A stretch of DNA of 64,000 bases, taken from positions 57,579,386 to 57,643,385 of the forward strand of contig NC_068985.1 of assembly GCF_001194135.2 (NCBI RefSeq). Direction: 5' to 3'. A program made the position numbers and the translations under genes. The stretch's first letter is position 1. Each line of letters starts with the position of its first letter. The stretch comes from Octopus bimaculoides. Its lineage: Eukaryota. The notes below the pieces were generated by a model, which was not told where the DNA came from, did not search any database, and saw nothing but the letters and a program-made list of their open reading frames with translations. Shown here one piece after another: positions 1-12,043 of this stretch.

Positions 1-167
1 TCATGTTGGAAGTTGAGTGCTTACATTTTCTTGGAATATGAATTTTAGACGGTCAAGCATTTGATACTTGCTTTCTTTTAGCAACTATTGAACATCATAT
101 AAACAATCATCTTTCTTCATTATAACATAGATATATATGTGTGCGCGCGCGTTTGTGTGAATGTGTA

Positions 168-329
168 GGCGCAGGAATGGCTGCCTAGCAAGAAGTGTAC
201 TTCCCAACCCATCGTTCCGGATTCAGTCCCAATGCGTGGCACCGGGGGAAAATATCTTGTACTATAGCTTTCGGCCAACCAACGCATTGTTAATGGATTT
301 GGAAGACGGAAACTGAAAGGATTCCGTCA

Positions 330-413
<84 letters not shown>

Positions 414-625
414 TTTGAGTGTCTGCATTTGTCTCCCCATCATCACTTGGCAACCGTTGTTGGTGTGATTACGTCCCTGCAACTTAGCGGTTCGGGAAAA
501 GACAAGTATAATTAGTACTAATCTTACAAAGAATAAGTCCTGGGGTCGATTTGTTCGGCTAACGGCGGTTCTCCAGCATGGCCGCAGTCAAATGACGGAA
601 GCAAGTAAAAGAATGAAAAAAAGAG
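168..625 (+). mobile_element. tRNA-derived SINE (family A) with internal (TA)n expansion
   Basis: tRNA-like head GGCGCAGGAATGGCTG...GGATTCAGTCCC, internal (TA)n at ~331-410, 3' body GTCCTGGGGTCGATTTGTTCG...CCAGCATGGCCGCAGTCAAATGAC; homologous copies at 2440, 15735, 32685, 45180 and 62248. Confidence 0.85.
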
Positions 626-711
626 ACACATATATATAAAGAGAGAGGGAGAGAGAAACAATTGATCGATCAATGGTTAGATAGATAGATTGATATAACA
701 CACGCACACAC

Positions 712-749
<38 letters not shown>

Positions 750-1940
750 NNNNNNNNNNNNNNNNNNNNNNNNNNNNNNNNNNNNNNNNNNNNNNNNNNN
801 NNNNNNNNNNNNNNNNNNNNNNNNNNNNNNNNNNNNNNNNNNNNNNNNNNNNNNNNNNNNNNNNNNNNNNNNNNNNNNNNNNNNNNNNNNNNNNNNNNNN
901 NNNNNNNNNNNNNNNNNNNNNNNNNNNNNNNNNNNNNNNNNNNNNNNNNNNNNNNNNNNNNNNNNNNNNNNNNNNNNNNNNNNNNNNNNNNNNNNNNNNN
1001 NNNNNNNNNNNNNNNNNNNNNNNNNNNNNNNNNNNNNNNNNNNNNNNNNNNNNNNNNNTATATATGCTGGTTCGCTGGTTGATATCTCCAATTCCACTTT
1101 AGAAACATTAAAAGTGAGATGCGGATATAGTTAACAAAAGAGATGCAAGATGAACTCTATTAATACAAAGAGTGAGAGGAACCTGGAAGAGGTAGTAAAT
1201 GACGGTGTAAATATGGTAAGTTATACGAATGAAAGATATTTTACAATTGATTATATTTTAAGGTAAGATGTATTTCTCTTTTGAAAATTAGTATTCATTT
1301 CATCATTTTGGGTAGGCACGAAAAATGTTGATAAATGTTAGCTATAATTTTCAAGACGGTGTCCAAGTATGGCCGCAGTTTAACGCCTGAAACAAGTAAA
1401 AGATAAAAGATAAGATTTAATTAATTTATGTAAGCCATAATTCCTGATATTACATATGGTGTGCAAACACACCATTTCGAAGTTTCTCTTCAAAAGACTG
1501 GTAACACTAACGTTTAACATATATATCATACAAGAATAGATATATCATAATTCCTTCCAATTTGAATACTATGTTCATGTACAACATTAAATATATATAG
1601 GCAAACCAGTGAGAGGCACACATATTCGTTGTCCGTTGAAATTACTTGCTGAAGTTCATGCTATATAGCAAGAAAAATTTGCCGTACATCAGGACTAATT
1701 TGGTAAATGTAATCTCCGATACGACGGAAATTCAACGGAAAATCGATGATCTCCATCTTTTTTTGTCTTTCATTTCCAGTCTCTCGCCGGGATGACAAGT
1801 AAATCTTAAATATAGTTTTATCGAAACTAGGTTTTCATTCGCAACATGTGCACATGCACGAACTTAATCAAACACTCATCATACACCACACACACACACG
1901 CACACACACACACACACGCATAAATATGTAGAGAAACATA

Positions 1941-2014
<74 letters not shown>

Positions 2015-2244
2015 CGTGTGTGTATATGTATGTATGTATATGCGCGTGTGTGTGTATACATACACACATGTTTACGCACTCTTCATGGTGTAGATATGCA
2101 CACATGTTACTTATTGCAGTTAGTGTTCAGCTAGGTCAAAGTTGATTGCTTTCAAGGGAGTATATCTGTCTGCTCTGAACTACATATACACCTAAAATCG
2201 ATGAGCGAGTCATACACACGTCTTGTTGACAAATGTTTCATATG

Positions 2245-2307
<63 letters not shown>

Positions 2308-2439
2308 GATACATATATGTGTGTGTGTGCATGTGTGTGTGCGTGTGTGTGAGCCATTGTGTGTGTGTGTATGTGTATGTGTAAGTTTGTGTGAATATTC
2401 TTAAGTGCGCGTGCGTGTGTTTGTGAGTACATACATATA

Positions 2440-2640
2440 CTTTCTCTTGCTTGTTGCAGTCATTTGACTGCAGCTATGCTAGGACACTGCCTTGAAGTGT
2501 TTAGTCGAACCAATAAAACCGAATCCCATGGTTTAAAACTTGGTATTTACTCTTTCAGTGCATTTTAATAAACCGCTAATTTATGGGGTGGGGATAAACA
2601 AGTAAACAATGGTGTCCAGAGGTGTCGAGTCACAATGACA
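2440..2640 (-). mobile_element. SINE family A, decayed 3' half
   Basis: Reverse complement of family A tail (GCAGTCATTTGACTGCAGCTATGCT...TTTAGTCGAAC...AAACCGCTAA). Confidence 0.7.
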
Positions 2641-3406
2641 GTAACACGGGCGCGCGTGAACATACGCACAGACGCAGTTCGGTTTCTCCCTATACTTCAT
2701 CTGTTGCATTGTTCTAATGAAAAAATGATGAATTTTTTTTCATTATGAGGTTTTTTTCACGCTGACTACTTGATAAATTCTTATAAAGATTTTATCCTAT
2801 ATTATATTATAAATAATTAGAATATATTCAATGGTGAATATTATTCTGTATAAGCACATGTTACTGAGATGCAACCGGATAAATTCCAATCTCTTTAACG
2901 GATATATAATTATGAACAGAAGTCATTGTACTGTGTTGGGTACATCGTGGTATGTTGATTCTTGTTTATTTTTATGTATCTCGACCATACGTGTACTGAA
3001 GAACAAAAGATGCAGGTTACTTCACAGTTATTCTGTATTGATTGAGAAACCAGTGGTTTGCCGTTAAGTTAAATGTTTTTAAGAGATAAATTTTGAAAGC
3101 TGCATTCCCTCGCTTTCGGTAAATATGTTGCTTATTTTTTGGTAGTTTTTGACTTATTTAGTCCCTCGAAGCGTGAGGCATTACTACACAGTTAATGCCC
3201 TTTATATANNNNNNNNNNNNNNNNNNNNNNNNNNNNNNNNNNNNNNNNNNNNNNNNNNNNNNNNNNNNNNNNNNNNNNNNNNNNNNNNNNNNNNNNNNNN
3301 NNNNNNNNNNNNNNNNNNNNNNNNNNNNNNNNNNNNNNNNNNNNNNNNNNNNNNNNNNNNNNNNNNNNNNNNNNNNNNNNNNNNNNNNNNNNNNNNNNNN
3401 NNNNNN

Positions 3407-3462
<56 letters not shown>

Positions 3463-3497
3463 CTTTATTTAAAAGCCGCAGAAATATAACATAAAAA

Positions 3498-3540
3498 AGC
3501 TATTACTGAGAATTTCACGTTCCCGTTCATCGGACAGTTT
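3498..3540 (-). ncRNA. Degenerate minimal type-I hammerhead ribozyme (HH1, left arm)
   Basis: Minus strand AACTGT-CCGATGA-ACG-GGAA-CGT-GAAA-TTCTCAG-TA-ATAG; core U4->C, stem III damaged. Confidence 0.55.
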
Positions 3541-3580
3541 TGTCCGCTGGACGTGAACGTGAAACTCCGAGTAACAGTTT
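3541..3580 (+). ncRNA. Degenerate minimal type-I hammerhead ribozyme (HH1, right arm)
   Basis: TGT-CCGCTGG-ACG-TGAA-CGT-GAAA-CTC-C-GAG-TA-ACAG; palindromic stem III ACTC/GAGT and GUA triplet kept, CUGANGA box mutated. Confidence 0.5.
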
Positions 3581-3693
3581 TTTGTTATATTTCAGCTACT
3601 TTTAAATAAAGCATATTACTCTACTTCTGGTATTTGAGTACTCTTTTGCCACCTTGTTGCACACTTATGTGCTTACTCCAGTATATATATATA

Positions 3694-4973
3694 TATTATG
3701 TCGTGAAGTATGAAATTTGTAGAAAAGAATAAAAAGTTTGCGAATGTTTTATAAATACAAAGAATAGTTTTATTCCAGAAAGTATGCTCCCATATTGTCA
3801 ATACACTTTTGCTATTTTAGCGGTAGAATTTCTAGCCTGGAACTGTGAAGCCTGGCAATCTAGAGTCAATAAACTCTTGGACGGTCTGTTTTACAGCATA
3901 GTCGGAATTAAATGTTTTTCCTATCAAATAGTTATCCAAATTCTGGAAGAAGTGGTGGTCAATGGGGGCAAGATCAGGTGAGCATGGTGTGTGATGGATT
4001 ACCTCCAACTCCAACTTCTGTAGTTTCGCTAATGTCGTTTTTATGAGGTGTGGTTTGGAGTTGCCTTGCAATAAAATAAGAGTAGATCTGTTGACTAATC
4101 TAGGCTGTTTTTTGTAAGTTTCTGCAGCATTTTGTCCACTTGGCTGCAGTATACTTCGGCCGTAGTTGATGATCGAGGTTTAAGGAAATCATAATGGAAC
4201 ACACTTGCGCCAGTCCACCAAACCTACACCATCAGATTTTTTTTTTATGAATTTTGCTTTTTGGATTGTTTTGGTGGCTCTTCTTTGTCCAGCCATTGTG
4301 CTGAACATTTACGTTTGTTGTATTGGATCCATTTCTCATCACGTTACAATTCGATTAAAAAATAATTCATTTTTGAGACGAGAACGTAGCGTAATGCAGA
4401 CTTCCAAACCTTGCTGTTTCTGATTTTCTTGGAGTTCATGAGGAACCTACGTATCCAAATTTTTCACTTTACCGATTTGAACAAGGTGATTCAGTATTGT
4501 TTGCTTGCTAACACCAAATAGCAACGATAATTCACAGGCACTTTAAGATGGATCTGCCACGACGGTAGCTTTCAATTCGTCATTATTCACCTTTGTTCCT
4601 GGTCGACCGCTTTCCTCATTTGTGAGGTCAAAGTTACCTGAACGAAATTTTGGAAAGCAATTTGATTCTAACGTAACAACGTAATAACATTAGAATAAAA
4701 TACTCCATTAATATTCTGAGCTGTCTCTGCTGCTGTATTTCCAAGAAAGAACTCATCTTTCAAAACTGTACGAATTTCCAACTTATCCACTTCTAAACAA
4801 AAATAGCAAAATGCGATTTATAAATAATTTATAAAGCGGAAAATGAGTTAGAATGAAGAAATAGACGTGTCAGCTTTCTGACAAAAAATAAAGATTGTGA
4901 AAATATGATTATGGCGCAAAATGAGCAGCTGTCAAAATTTACCATATACCTTACTACAAATGATGACCTAATA
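3694..4973 (-). mobile_element. Mariner DNA transposon, near full length (~1.28 kb), decayed
   Basis: TA-flanked degenerate ends (TATTATGTCGT / minus-strand TATTAGGTCAT) enclosing transposase remnants. Confidence 0.85.
3770..4795 (-). pseudogene. Mariner DD34D transposase pseudogene
   Basis: Translates with stops and frameshifts to EVDKLEIRTVLKDEF, KLDT*VPHEL (WVPHEL), DEKW, QGNSKPH, SPDLAPIDHHFF (YSPDLAP), QKCIDNMGAYF. Confidence 0.9.
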
Positions 4974-5060
4974 TATATTTTTAATGTATACAGTATATAC
5001 ATATGAGCTTCTGATAATTTCATACATTAGAGATATTATCTAGGCAGGTTATAAAAGACG

Positions 5061-5292
5061 CCTACTGTCTCCAAATAATATTTAGGCACTGGGCACACGT
5101 CATATACGATTTACAAGTCAAGATAATAGAACAAGAGAAACCACGAGACAAAACGAGATGAAGATGGGTTTTGTCTTCTTTAGATTATCTCACTCTTTCA
5201 ACCCATGTTCTTCTCGTGGTTTCACCTGATGTCTCTTGTATTATCGCATTCACCCTGTGCCCAGAGCCCGAAATTGATTAAAGACACTAGGA
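5061..5292. repeat. Imperfect inverted repeat (MITE- or pseudo-LTR-like)
   Basis: Arm matches CTGGGCACA (5089) / TGTGCCCAG (5256), GAAACCACGAGA (5137) / TCTCGTGGTTTC (5212), ATGGGTT / AACCCAT. Confidence 0.6.
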
Positions 5293-5343
5293 GTGGTTTA
5301 TACCCAACTAGTTAATAACTTCATTGCATGAAACTATTAGTAG

Positions 5344-5421
<78 letters not shown>

Positions 5422-6459
5422 NNNNNNNNNNNNNNNNNNNNNNNNNNNNNNNNNNNNNNNNNNNNNNNNNNNNNNNNNNNNNNNNNNNNNNNNNNNNNNN
5501 NNNNNNNNNNNNNNNNNNNNNNNNNNNNNNNNNNNNNNNNNNNNNNNNNNNNNNNNNNNNNNNNNNNNNNNNNNNNNNNNNNNNNNNNNNNNNNNNNNNN
5601 NNNNNNNNNNNNNNNNNNNNNNNNNNNNNNNNNNNNNNNNNNNNNNNNNNNNNNNNNNNNNTATATATATATATATATACATATATATATGTGCGTGTGT
5701 GTGTATGTTGTGTGTGTGTATACATATTATATAAGTTTTCTTCGGCCTGATGAATTGCTAGTGAAATACCTTGCGCTGAGTAATTATTAGTTCCGAGGAT
5801 TCACTAGCTAGGAACCATATGTAACCTGGATTTTACCAGCTCCTATCCTGCATTTTGGATATATATATATTTTCCCGAAAGATAGATACTTTAAGCGTAA
5901 AGACAGTCTGAAATACAATTTCAGCCATCCGACCTGTCTTACAATTACAATCTATGTGTAATATGGGCAGGTCCATGAATAGCACAAAGTAATGCTCAAA
6001 TTTACAGAAATAGATGTTATTATGTGTATTAGGGAAAATAATATTTCGCTTAACATTTAATTAATGTGCATAGTTAGTATGTTTCGTACGTGACAAATGT
6101 TTGCGTAACTCTGACCTACAGTGAAATATGATCATATATAGTTCACAACATGATAATGACTTCATTAAAAGTGAACCCAAAGATGGTGTCACTATTATTC
6201 TTAAAGCACTTAGAAAGTATTGCATGAAAAAAAGTTATATGAAAAATTAAAAAAAATAGATAAGCGCCTGTAAGCTCAAACCATCCTTATAATCAAAATC
6301 ACGAAACACACATTACCAACATGCTCGAATGGAGTTTTCCATGACTCATCCATTTGCTCCTCTCTAAACTGATTTCTCTATGGACTTATGGCAGTAAATG
6401 TATTCTTTTGTATTAGATGATTTTTGACACTGGCCAAGTGGTCTGAACATATCTCATAC

Positions 6460-6547
6460 CAGCAAACACATTTTCGTTCTTGAACCACCTGAGTTCCTGC
6501 CTATTCCACACATTTTTACTCAATAAAAATGCTCCATCTTCATCGAT
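6460..6547 (-). CDS. Candidate internal coding exon of an unidentified gene
   Basis: Long U-rich tract plus TTAG acceptor, 88 nt open frame IDEDGAFLLSKNVWNRQELRWFKNENVFA, CTG|GTATGA donor; phase 0 start matches exon 9224-9369. Confidence 0.35.
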
Positions 6548-7254
6548 CTAATCTTTAACATGGAACAGAACAAAAATAAATGAATAAACAAATACAATAA
6601 AGAACACGAAAGAAAAAATATCGGATGGATTTTTTTTTTTTATTTGGTATAGTCTTTCGCTTCAAAAATAAAATTTCGTGGCAGCTGAATACGGCAGTGA
6701 CATTTTGTTTTTATGAGAATAGTTCTTTCCCTTTGGTGTCAACAGTTTTATTGTTTAGCATATAAAAATCCAAGTGTTGCTTCCATATAAGCATTCTAAC
6801 ACTACGTTGACGTATTACTTTCCGAGTCCAATGATATATATATATATATAAATCTGCAATTTTTTTTCCAGCTTCAGCTAGGAAATGCTGAGAAATTGCT
6901 GACTGTTGTCCAGATATCAACTCTTTACTTTCCAAGAAGCAAATACACTAATTTGCTTTTACTGTGAAATCTTTGCACTAATTTCGATGGCTTTGGACCA
7001 ATTTAAGTGCTCAAATAGGAATGTTACTTCCAGTATTCTTTACAATTTTACCGACTACCATTAGTTTAAACTTCTAAATACGACACACTTCACACACATG
7101 AAATAAGATAATGATAGTAACTCGCTGAACAACATACACGAAGGATTTGTTTATAGTAAGCAAAAGTTTGCGCTGGACATTAGCACTTTACTTTCAACAA
7201 ATCGACATTGCTCGTACAGGTGTACAGTGTACTATAGGTATGGGATCGATGTGG

Positions 7255-7375
7255 TCAGAGAGCAATGTGAGACGAAGTATTTTGCTCAAGAAACGCAACG
7301 CACAATCCGCTTCATGAACTGAAACCACGATTTCGCGATCGTGAGTGCAACATCTTAATCACTATGCTATGCGAA
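7255..7375 (-). mobile_element. tRNA-derived SINE (family C) head
   Basis: Minus strand TAGTGATTAAGATGTTGCACTCACGATCGCG...CTTGAGCAAAATACTT; same family at ~41755, ~43190 and 53505. Confidence 0.7.
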
Positions 7376-8247
7376 CTTACATACACACATATAGAAACAC
7401 ATATGCATGTATGTCTGTGTGTGTGTATTTGTGCTTATTTAGATATACCAATTGAGAAGGTCATGACAATCTTTCCAGTTGGTAATTCCTTTAAGCATAT
7501 AAAGTCCCTGCTTTAAATAGTTCCTATATACAAGAACAGACAATCTTTCTCATACGCTAGCGTGCAATAAGATTTCTAACATATTAATGTGTAGTTGATA
7601 TATTGCCTTTGGTTAGTGCAGACAAGCATCTATCGTCTCTACTAAAGCATATATCAATGATATTTGACTGTTTAGTAAAACGGTAAGATCAGATAATACT
7701 ATTGAATCTCTGATTTATATCAATACCGTGTCTGCTATATAGCTAAATATGCTTCTTTTATATATATTATAGCATATGCACACAAGCTCAAACACATTCA
7801 CTCAAATGTATTTTATATATATTTTCACATACAGACGCGCGCAAACGTACTCACCCATAAACACGGTGATTTGCAAAAAGGAAAAAGACAAAACAAAATC
7901 ATAATCAAATGACCAATGAAAGTATGACTTAGAGGGTAGGTCGCCTTGCATAGAATGTGCAATCAGTTGAATGTGTTTACAGAAGTCATTAAGTGGAAAG
8001 AGGAGGAATACTACTTAGAGGGTAACTGAAGCAGGGTAGGTCTAGGAATAAAATTCCTTTAGCCATCATATACAAGAGCAATTACATGCATGTATGCATG
8101 CGCGTGAACACATAGATTCTGTACATGTGTATGTGTCTTTTTGTTTTTAAATTCACATTTTATTAAACAATTTTTTAATGTTTTTCCACAATCTCCAAGG
8201 TGCCCCCCATTTTCTAATTTTTCATATATAAGTGTAAGTATGCATGT

Positions 8248-8404
8248 ATGAAGTTTTTCCGTTTTTCTCAAAGGCTGTCATTACTTTCGAGACAGTACTT
8301 CTTGATACACCAAACATTACGGCTGTTTTCGCTACTCTAGCACCTGCCATACGAGCACCAACAATTTGACTTCTTTGAAAGTCCGATAGATTTGTCATTT
8401 TCAT
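8248..8404 (-). pseudogene. Tc1-family transposase N-terminal HTH fragment
   Basis: MTNLSDFQRSQIVGARMAGARVAKTAVMFGVSRSTVSKVMTAFEKNGKTS matches the Tc1 paired-like domain pattern. Confidence 0.85.
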
Positions 8405-9223
8405 GAATTTTAATTACTTTTTTCTGATGTTATCTGAAAGGAAACATCAATTTTGCAAAACATATTAAACAGTATTAGTAATAAATCAAAAAACAAGTGA
8501 ACTAGCTTTTCACGGTTTTGTAGACATTTCAAAATTATGATTCTATGATACTAGGTGTTTCCACTATTTTATCCAACCCCTGTATATACATATATATATA
8601 TTTGTATCTTGGTTTTACACTTAAATACTATTGTGTGCCTTTTATTACCTCCTAGTCGGCTTTTAACCCATGATCAATGTCTTCCAATGGTTTATCTCAG
8701 TTACTGTTCGAAAACTTTTATGCCGTCAGTTCCTCCCGTTGACGTCCTTGGGTAAAGGAATTTTATCGTTAAACCTACTCACCTTCATTGCACCTTTACC
8801 CAGAAATCGTCTTCTTGGCACTTAACGTTTGTTAACATATCCACACTATTTTCCATTTTAGGTCACCTACCCTCTAACGAATACATTGATCAGTCATGTA
8901 TTTTGATTTTTGTTTTTTCATCATTCTTTTTCAACTTGCCACTCGTGCTGTGGCTAGTTTAATAATTCATTTTCTCTTCTCCACTGAGCAATGTAAAGAA
9001 TGTAGAAATTATTGTACCTGGAGATTAACTAAGCTGTTTGTATGTGTGTGTGTGTTACAACTAGTGTAACAAGCCTCACTTCTGTATGAAATAGTCGTTG
9101 TCTGTATTTTACCCGTTTCATTCCTTACTTCTCTTGGTATATGTATATATATACGCACATATGTACTTAAGTATACTGTCAAGCATCGACCAAAAGTGAG
9201 GTGATTAGATTTAGCTATTTTAC

Positions 9224-9369
9224 CTGACTCTGGGTGGAGAAGTAGTATGTACCTAGCAGGTTAGGAAGAGCATATAGTAATGTAGTAGTCCCAGACGACA
9301 ATATTATAAATGGAGGAAAGAGAGCATCAGCCAACATATAACGGTAATCTGCTGCCGAGTGAAACTTAA
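9224..9369 (-). CDS. Candidate internal coding exon of an unidentified gene
   Basis: TTTGTCTTATTAG acceptor, 146 nt with one open frame KFHSAADYRYMLADALFPPFIILSSGTTTLLYALPNLLGTYYFSTQSQ, CAG|GTAAAA donor. Confidence 0.35.
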
Positions 9370-9984
9370 CTAATAAGACAAATGGCTTTCATGTTCTACA
9401 TTATTACTATCATAAAGAAAATTAAATATAAAATAATTTCTATATTGATTTCGTACTCAGTATTATCTCAATATATGTACAACTAAATTCGTAATTGTAA
9501 TATTATGTTTCATTCTCTATAGAAGAGTTAAAACATAGTTTTCAGAACAATCAATTTTATTTGATATTAAAACTGAAATAGCAAAATCTATATTTTACGT
9601 TCCAGTGGATTGTCGACCAACTCGGTTATTGGTGTCTGAATTTGCATTCATAGTCTTCTCATTTATTCGAATCATTTCAATTATATTTCGTATTCAGAGC
9701 ATAAAATTACTTTTCATCCATGAATGAATCATTAAATTGTTGACAAGCGAAAGTCCGTACAAATTAATAATATAGCATTTACTAATAATGTTATAATTGG
9801 TGACAAATAAATAACGGAACACCACTGCAAAATTTAATGTCATGCGTGGATCTGACAAACAATCACGCACACATAACATATGTCTCTGTGCATTTGAGAT
9901 CCTACGCATGACATACATATGTTAATAACAACAACACTAGTTATTTCTATTATAGACAGAAGGACTGGAATTTTGAGATGAGGA

Positions 9985-10420
9985 GAAGTCGATTGCAGAG
10001 ACCCTAGTACTTGACTGGTATTTATTTCATCGGCCTCGAATTGATAATAAGCAAAGCGGACCTCGGCGGAATTTAAACTTAGAACATATACTCGGAAGAA
10101 ATACTGTTAAATATTTTCACTGGCATGCTAACAGTAATAATAATAATCTTTTCTACTATAAACACAAGGTCTGAAATTTGGGGGAGGGGTATAGTCGACT
10201 ACATCGACCCCAGTGTTTCACTAGTATTTAACTTATCGAGCTTGAAAGGATGGAAGGAAAAGTTGTCCTCGGCGGAATTTGAATACTGAAAGAAGAGACG
10301 GACGCAATACCACTGAGCATTTCACCCAGCCATTCAACCCAGAAGTGATGAGAGGCAAAGTCAGTCTGGCAGAATTTGAACTCAAACGTGTCCGGAGCGA
10401 TAACCATACTGCCAGCTAAA
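9985..10420 (-). mobile_element. Cluster of about three tandem tRNA-derived SINE (family B) copies or fragments
   Basis: Repeated CTCGGCGGAATTT(G)AA and ATCGACCCCAG motifs, reverse complement of the family B body seen at 27262 and 32248. Confidence 0.8.
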
Positions 10421-10545
10421 TAATCATTTGTACATGTGCTAAAACCTTGGAATAAAGGGCTTATCGATTACACCGAAGCCAGTGATCCGCATCACAGTAA
10501 TTTACAAGATGTTTCTTTATAAATACCAATTATTTCTTTGTTTAC

Positions 10546-10578
10546 CTGCGAGAATTCTTTGAAGTCCACGTGATTTCA
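10546..10578 (-). CDS. Candidate 33-nt symmetric exon
   Basis: TTCTTCCTCTTTAG acceptor, (V)KSRGLQRILA, CAG|GTAAAC donor, phase 1-1. Confidence 0.25.
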
Positions 10579-11309
10579 CTAAAGAGGAAGAACCACCCCA
10601 GGTTTTTTCGTCGCATTTTCGTGGGGTTTACCCTTCTTTTGGGGGCTTTCTCTTTATTTCGTATTTTCATTTCGGTTTTCCTGCTTCTTCTTTTGGCATG
10701 AGAGAACGATTGCGGTGGTTCTCTTGGGTGTTATGGTTGGAAGCTGAATCACTGCTCACTAAACTCCAGTCCCCGGCACAAAGTAATGCCCTGCAGCAAA
10801 TACTTTTGGAAGTGATACTAATGTTGCTGACTCAGTTACTCTCTGCCGCTTTCCTTTCTTTTATACTTACAAAGCATCTCTCTTATCAATTGATTTTAAT
10901 TTCCTCAAGTGAAGAACTAGAACTTTTGTCTTACTCCTAATGTCTTATTTCCTTTGTCTGTATTTCCTTAAGTGAGTAAGTACAGCTCTGGTAGGTGTAT
11001 ATGACAGTCGGCGGAATTTACAACTTGCAATTCAAAGTTGATCACGCTTTGATTTCACCTGCACTAACTCTATTCTGATACTTCAATATGAATGAGAGAA
11101 ATACATGTCGTTTACAGAAGTTAAAGATCATGAAGAACAATAACTAAATTTTTTGGCACCAAAGCATTTCAGAGCGTAAACATACGACGCTCAAATGCAT
11201 TCAACGTTGAATAATCGAGATCAAGAAATCAAAACTAAATCAGCAAGAGAAAAATATTACAAATCTATTCCAGACTAAATAGAACAATAGATAATATCAT
11301 AAAACTTAC

Positions 11310-11364
11310 CCCTCTCAATCGAAATAAAGACCCTCAATATTTCCAGTAGTTCTCTTCCTAAATC
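11310..11364 (-). CDS. Candidate 55-nt exon
   Basis: TTTAG|G acceptor, DLGRELLEILRVFISIER, GGG|GTAAGT donor. Confidence 0.25.
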
Positions 11365-11489
11365 CTAAATACCCACGACTATGTTATGTTATTTCTTCTT
11401 TGTCCTCTCTTGGAATCGATCCTACAACATTGAAACTGTGTCTGGTTGTACACAGTTCACCAACATAAATCATCTAGCAGGAAATTTAC

Positions 11490-11555
11490 CTTATTTGTTC
11501 TATGAATATAGAAGCACAGTAAATCCTTAATACTACTTGTATATGCACTGTCCAT
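11490..11555 (-). CDS. Candidate first coding exon
   Basis: ATG after an in-frame stop, MDSAYTSSIKDLLCFYIHRTNK, AAG|GTAAAT donor. Confidence 0.2.
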
Positions 11556-12002
11556 CCACGAGTCACTTCGTAACCACGAAATTTCAAATTATTTGTTAAC
11601 AATCAATTCATTTGAGGGTTATTTCTAGGATCATATTATCCAAAGTAGCTTTTCCCTTAATGAGTATTTATAGAATTTGCTCACTATTTCTAGCTACTGG
11701 AAGTGTCTTTCTCAGCATAAGGTCGATTGTCTAGACAGGGAAAGAAGATTATGAGACAAATTATGCAATAACATTATGGAATGTGAAGGTGGATTAAATA
11801 TCTATGTTATATATTCATGAAGAGATCATACAGATTTCTAACAGCAACGAAATAAATGCGATCTGTGAAAAAAACACTTCCTTGGCGTCATTAGACATAC
11901 ATACTTACATACACAGATACATATAATCACAAGCACACGCATACGTAAATATGCATGTATACATATATGTAAATTTAGTGTGTATGTATATATATACATC
12001 TA

Positions 12003-12043
<41 letters not shown>

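Larger units (their letters stand above)
3462..3681. mobile_element. Palindromic short element in (TA)n, made of two inverted hammerhead-bearing arms (family HH1; PLE pseudo-LTR-like)
   Basis: Imperfect palindrome 3463-3611 centred on CGGACA-GTTT-TGTCCG, (TA)n on both flanks; each arm has an ACG-NGAA-CGT hairpin followed by GAAA. Confidence 0.7.

Noticed and set aside
1150-1221. Possible first exon MNSINTKSERNLEEVVNDGVNM|GTAAGT
   Set aside because: No compatible downstream exon identified; such short ATG-to-donor matches arise by chance in AT-rich DNA
5740-5810. Hammerhead at CTGATGA-ATTGCTAGT-GAAA
   Set aside because: Stem II is marginal and there is no UH triplet before the possible stem I; at best a decayed relic
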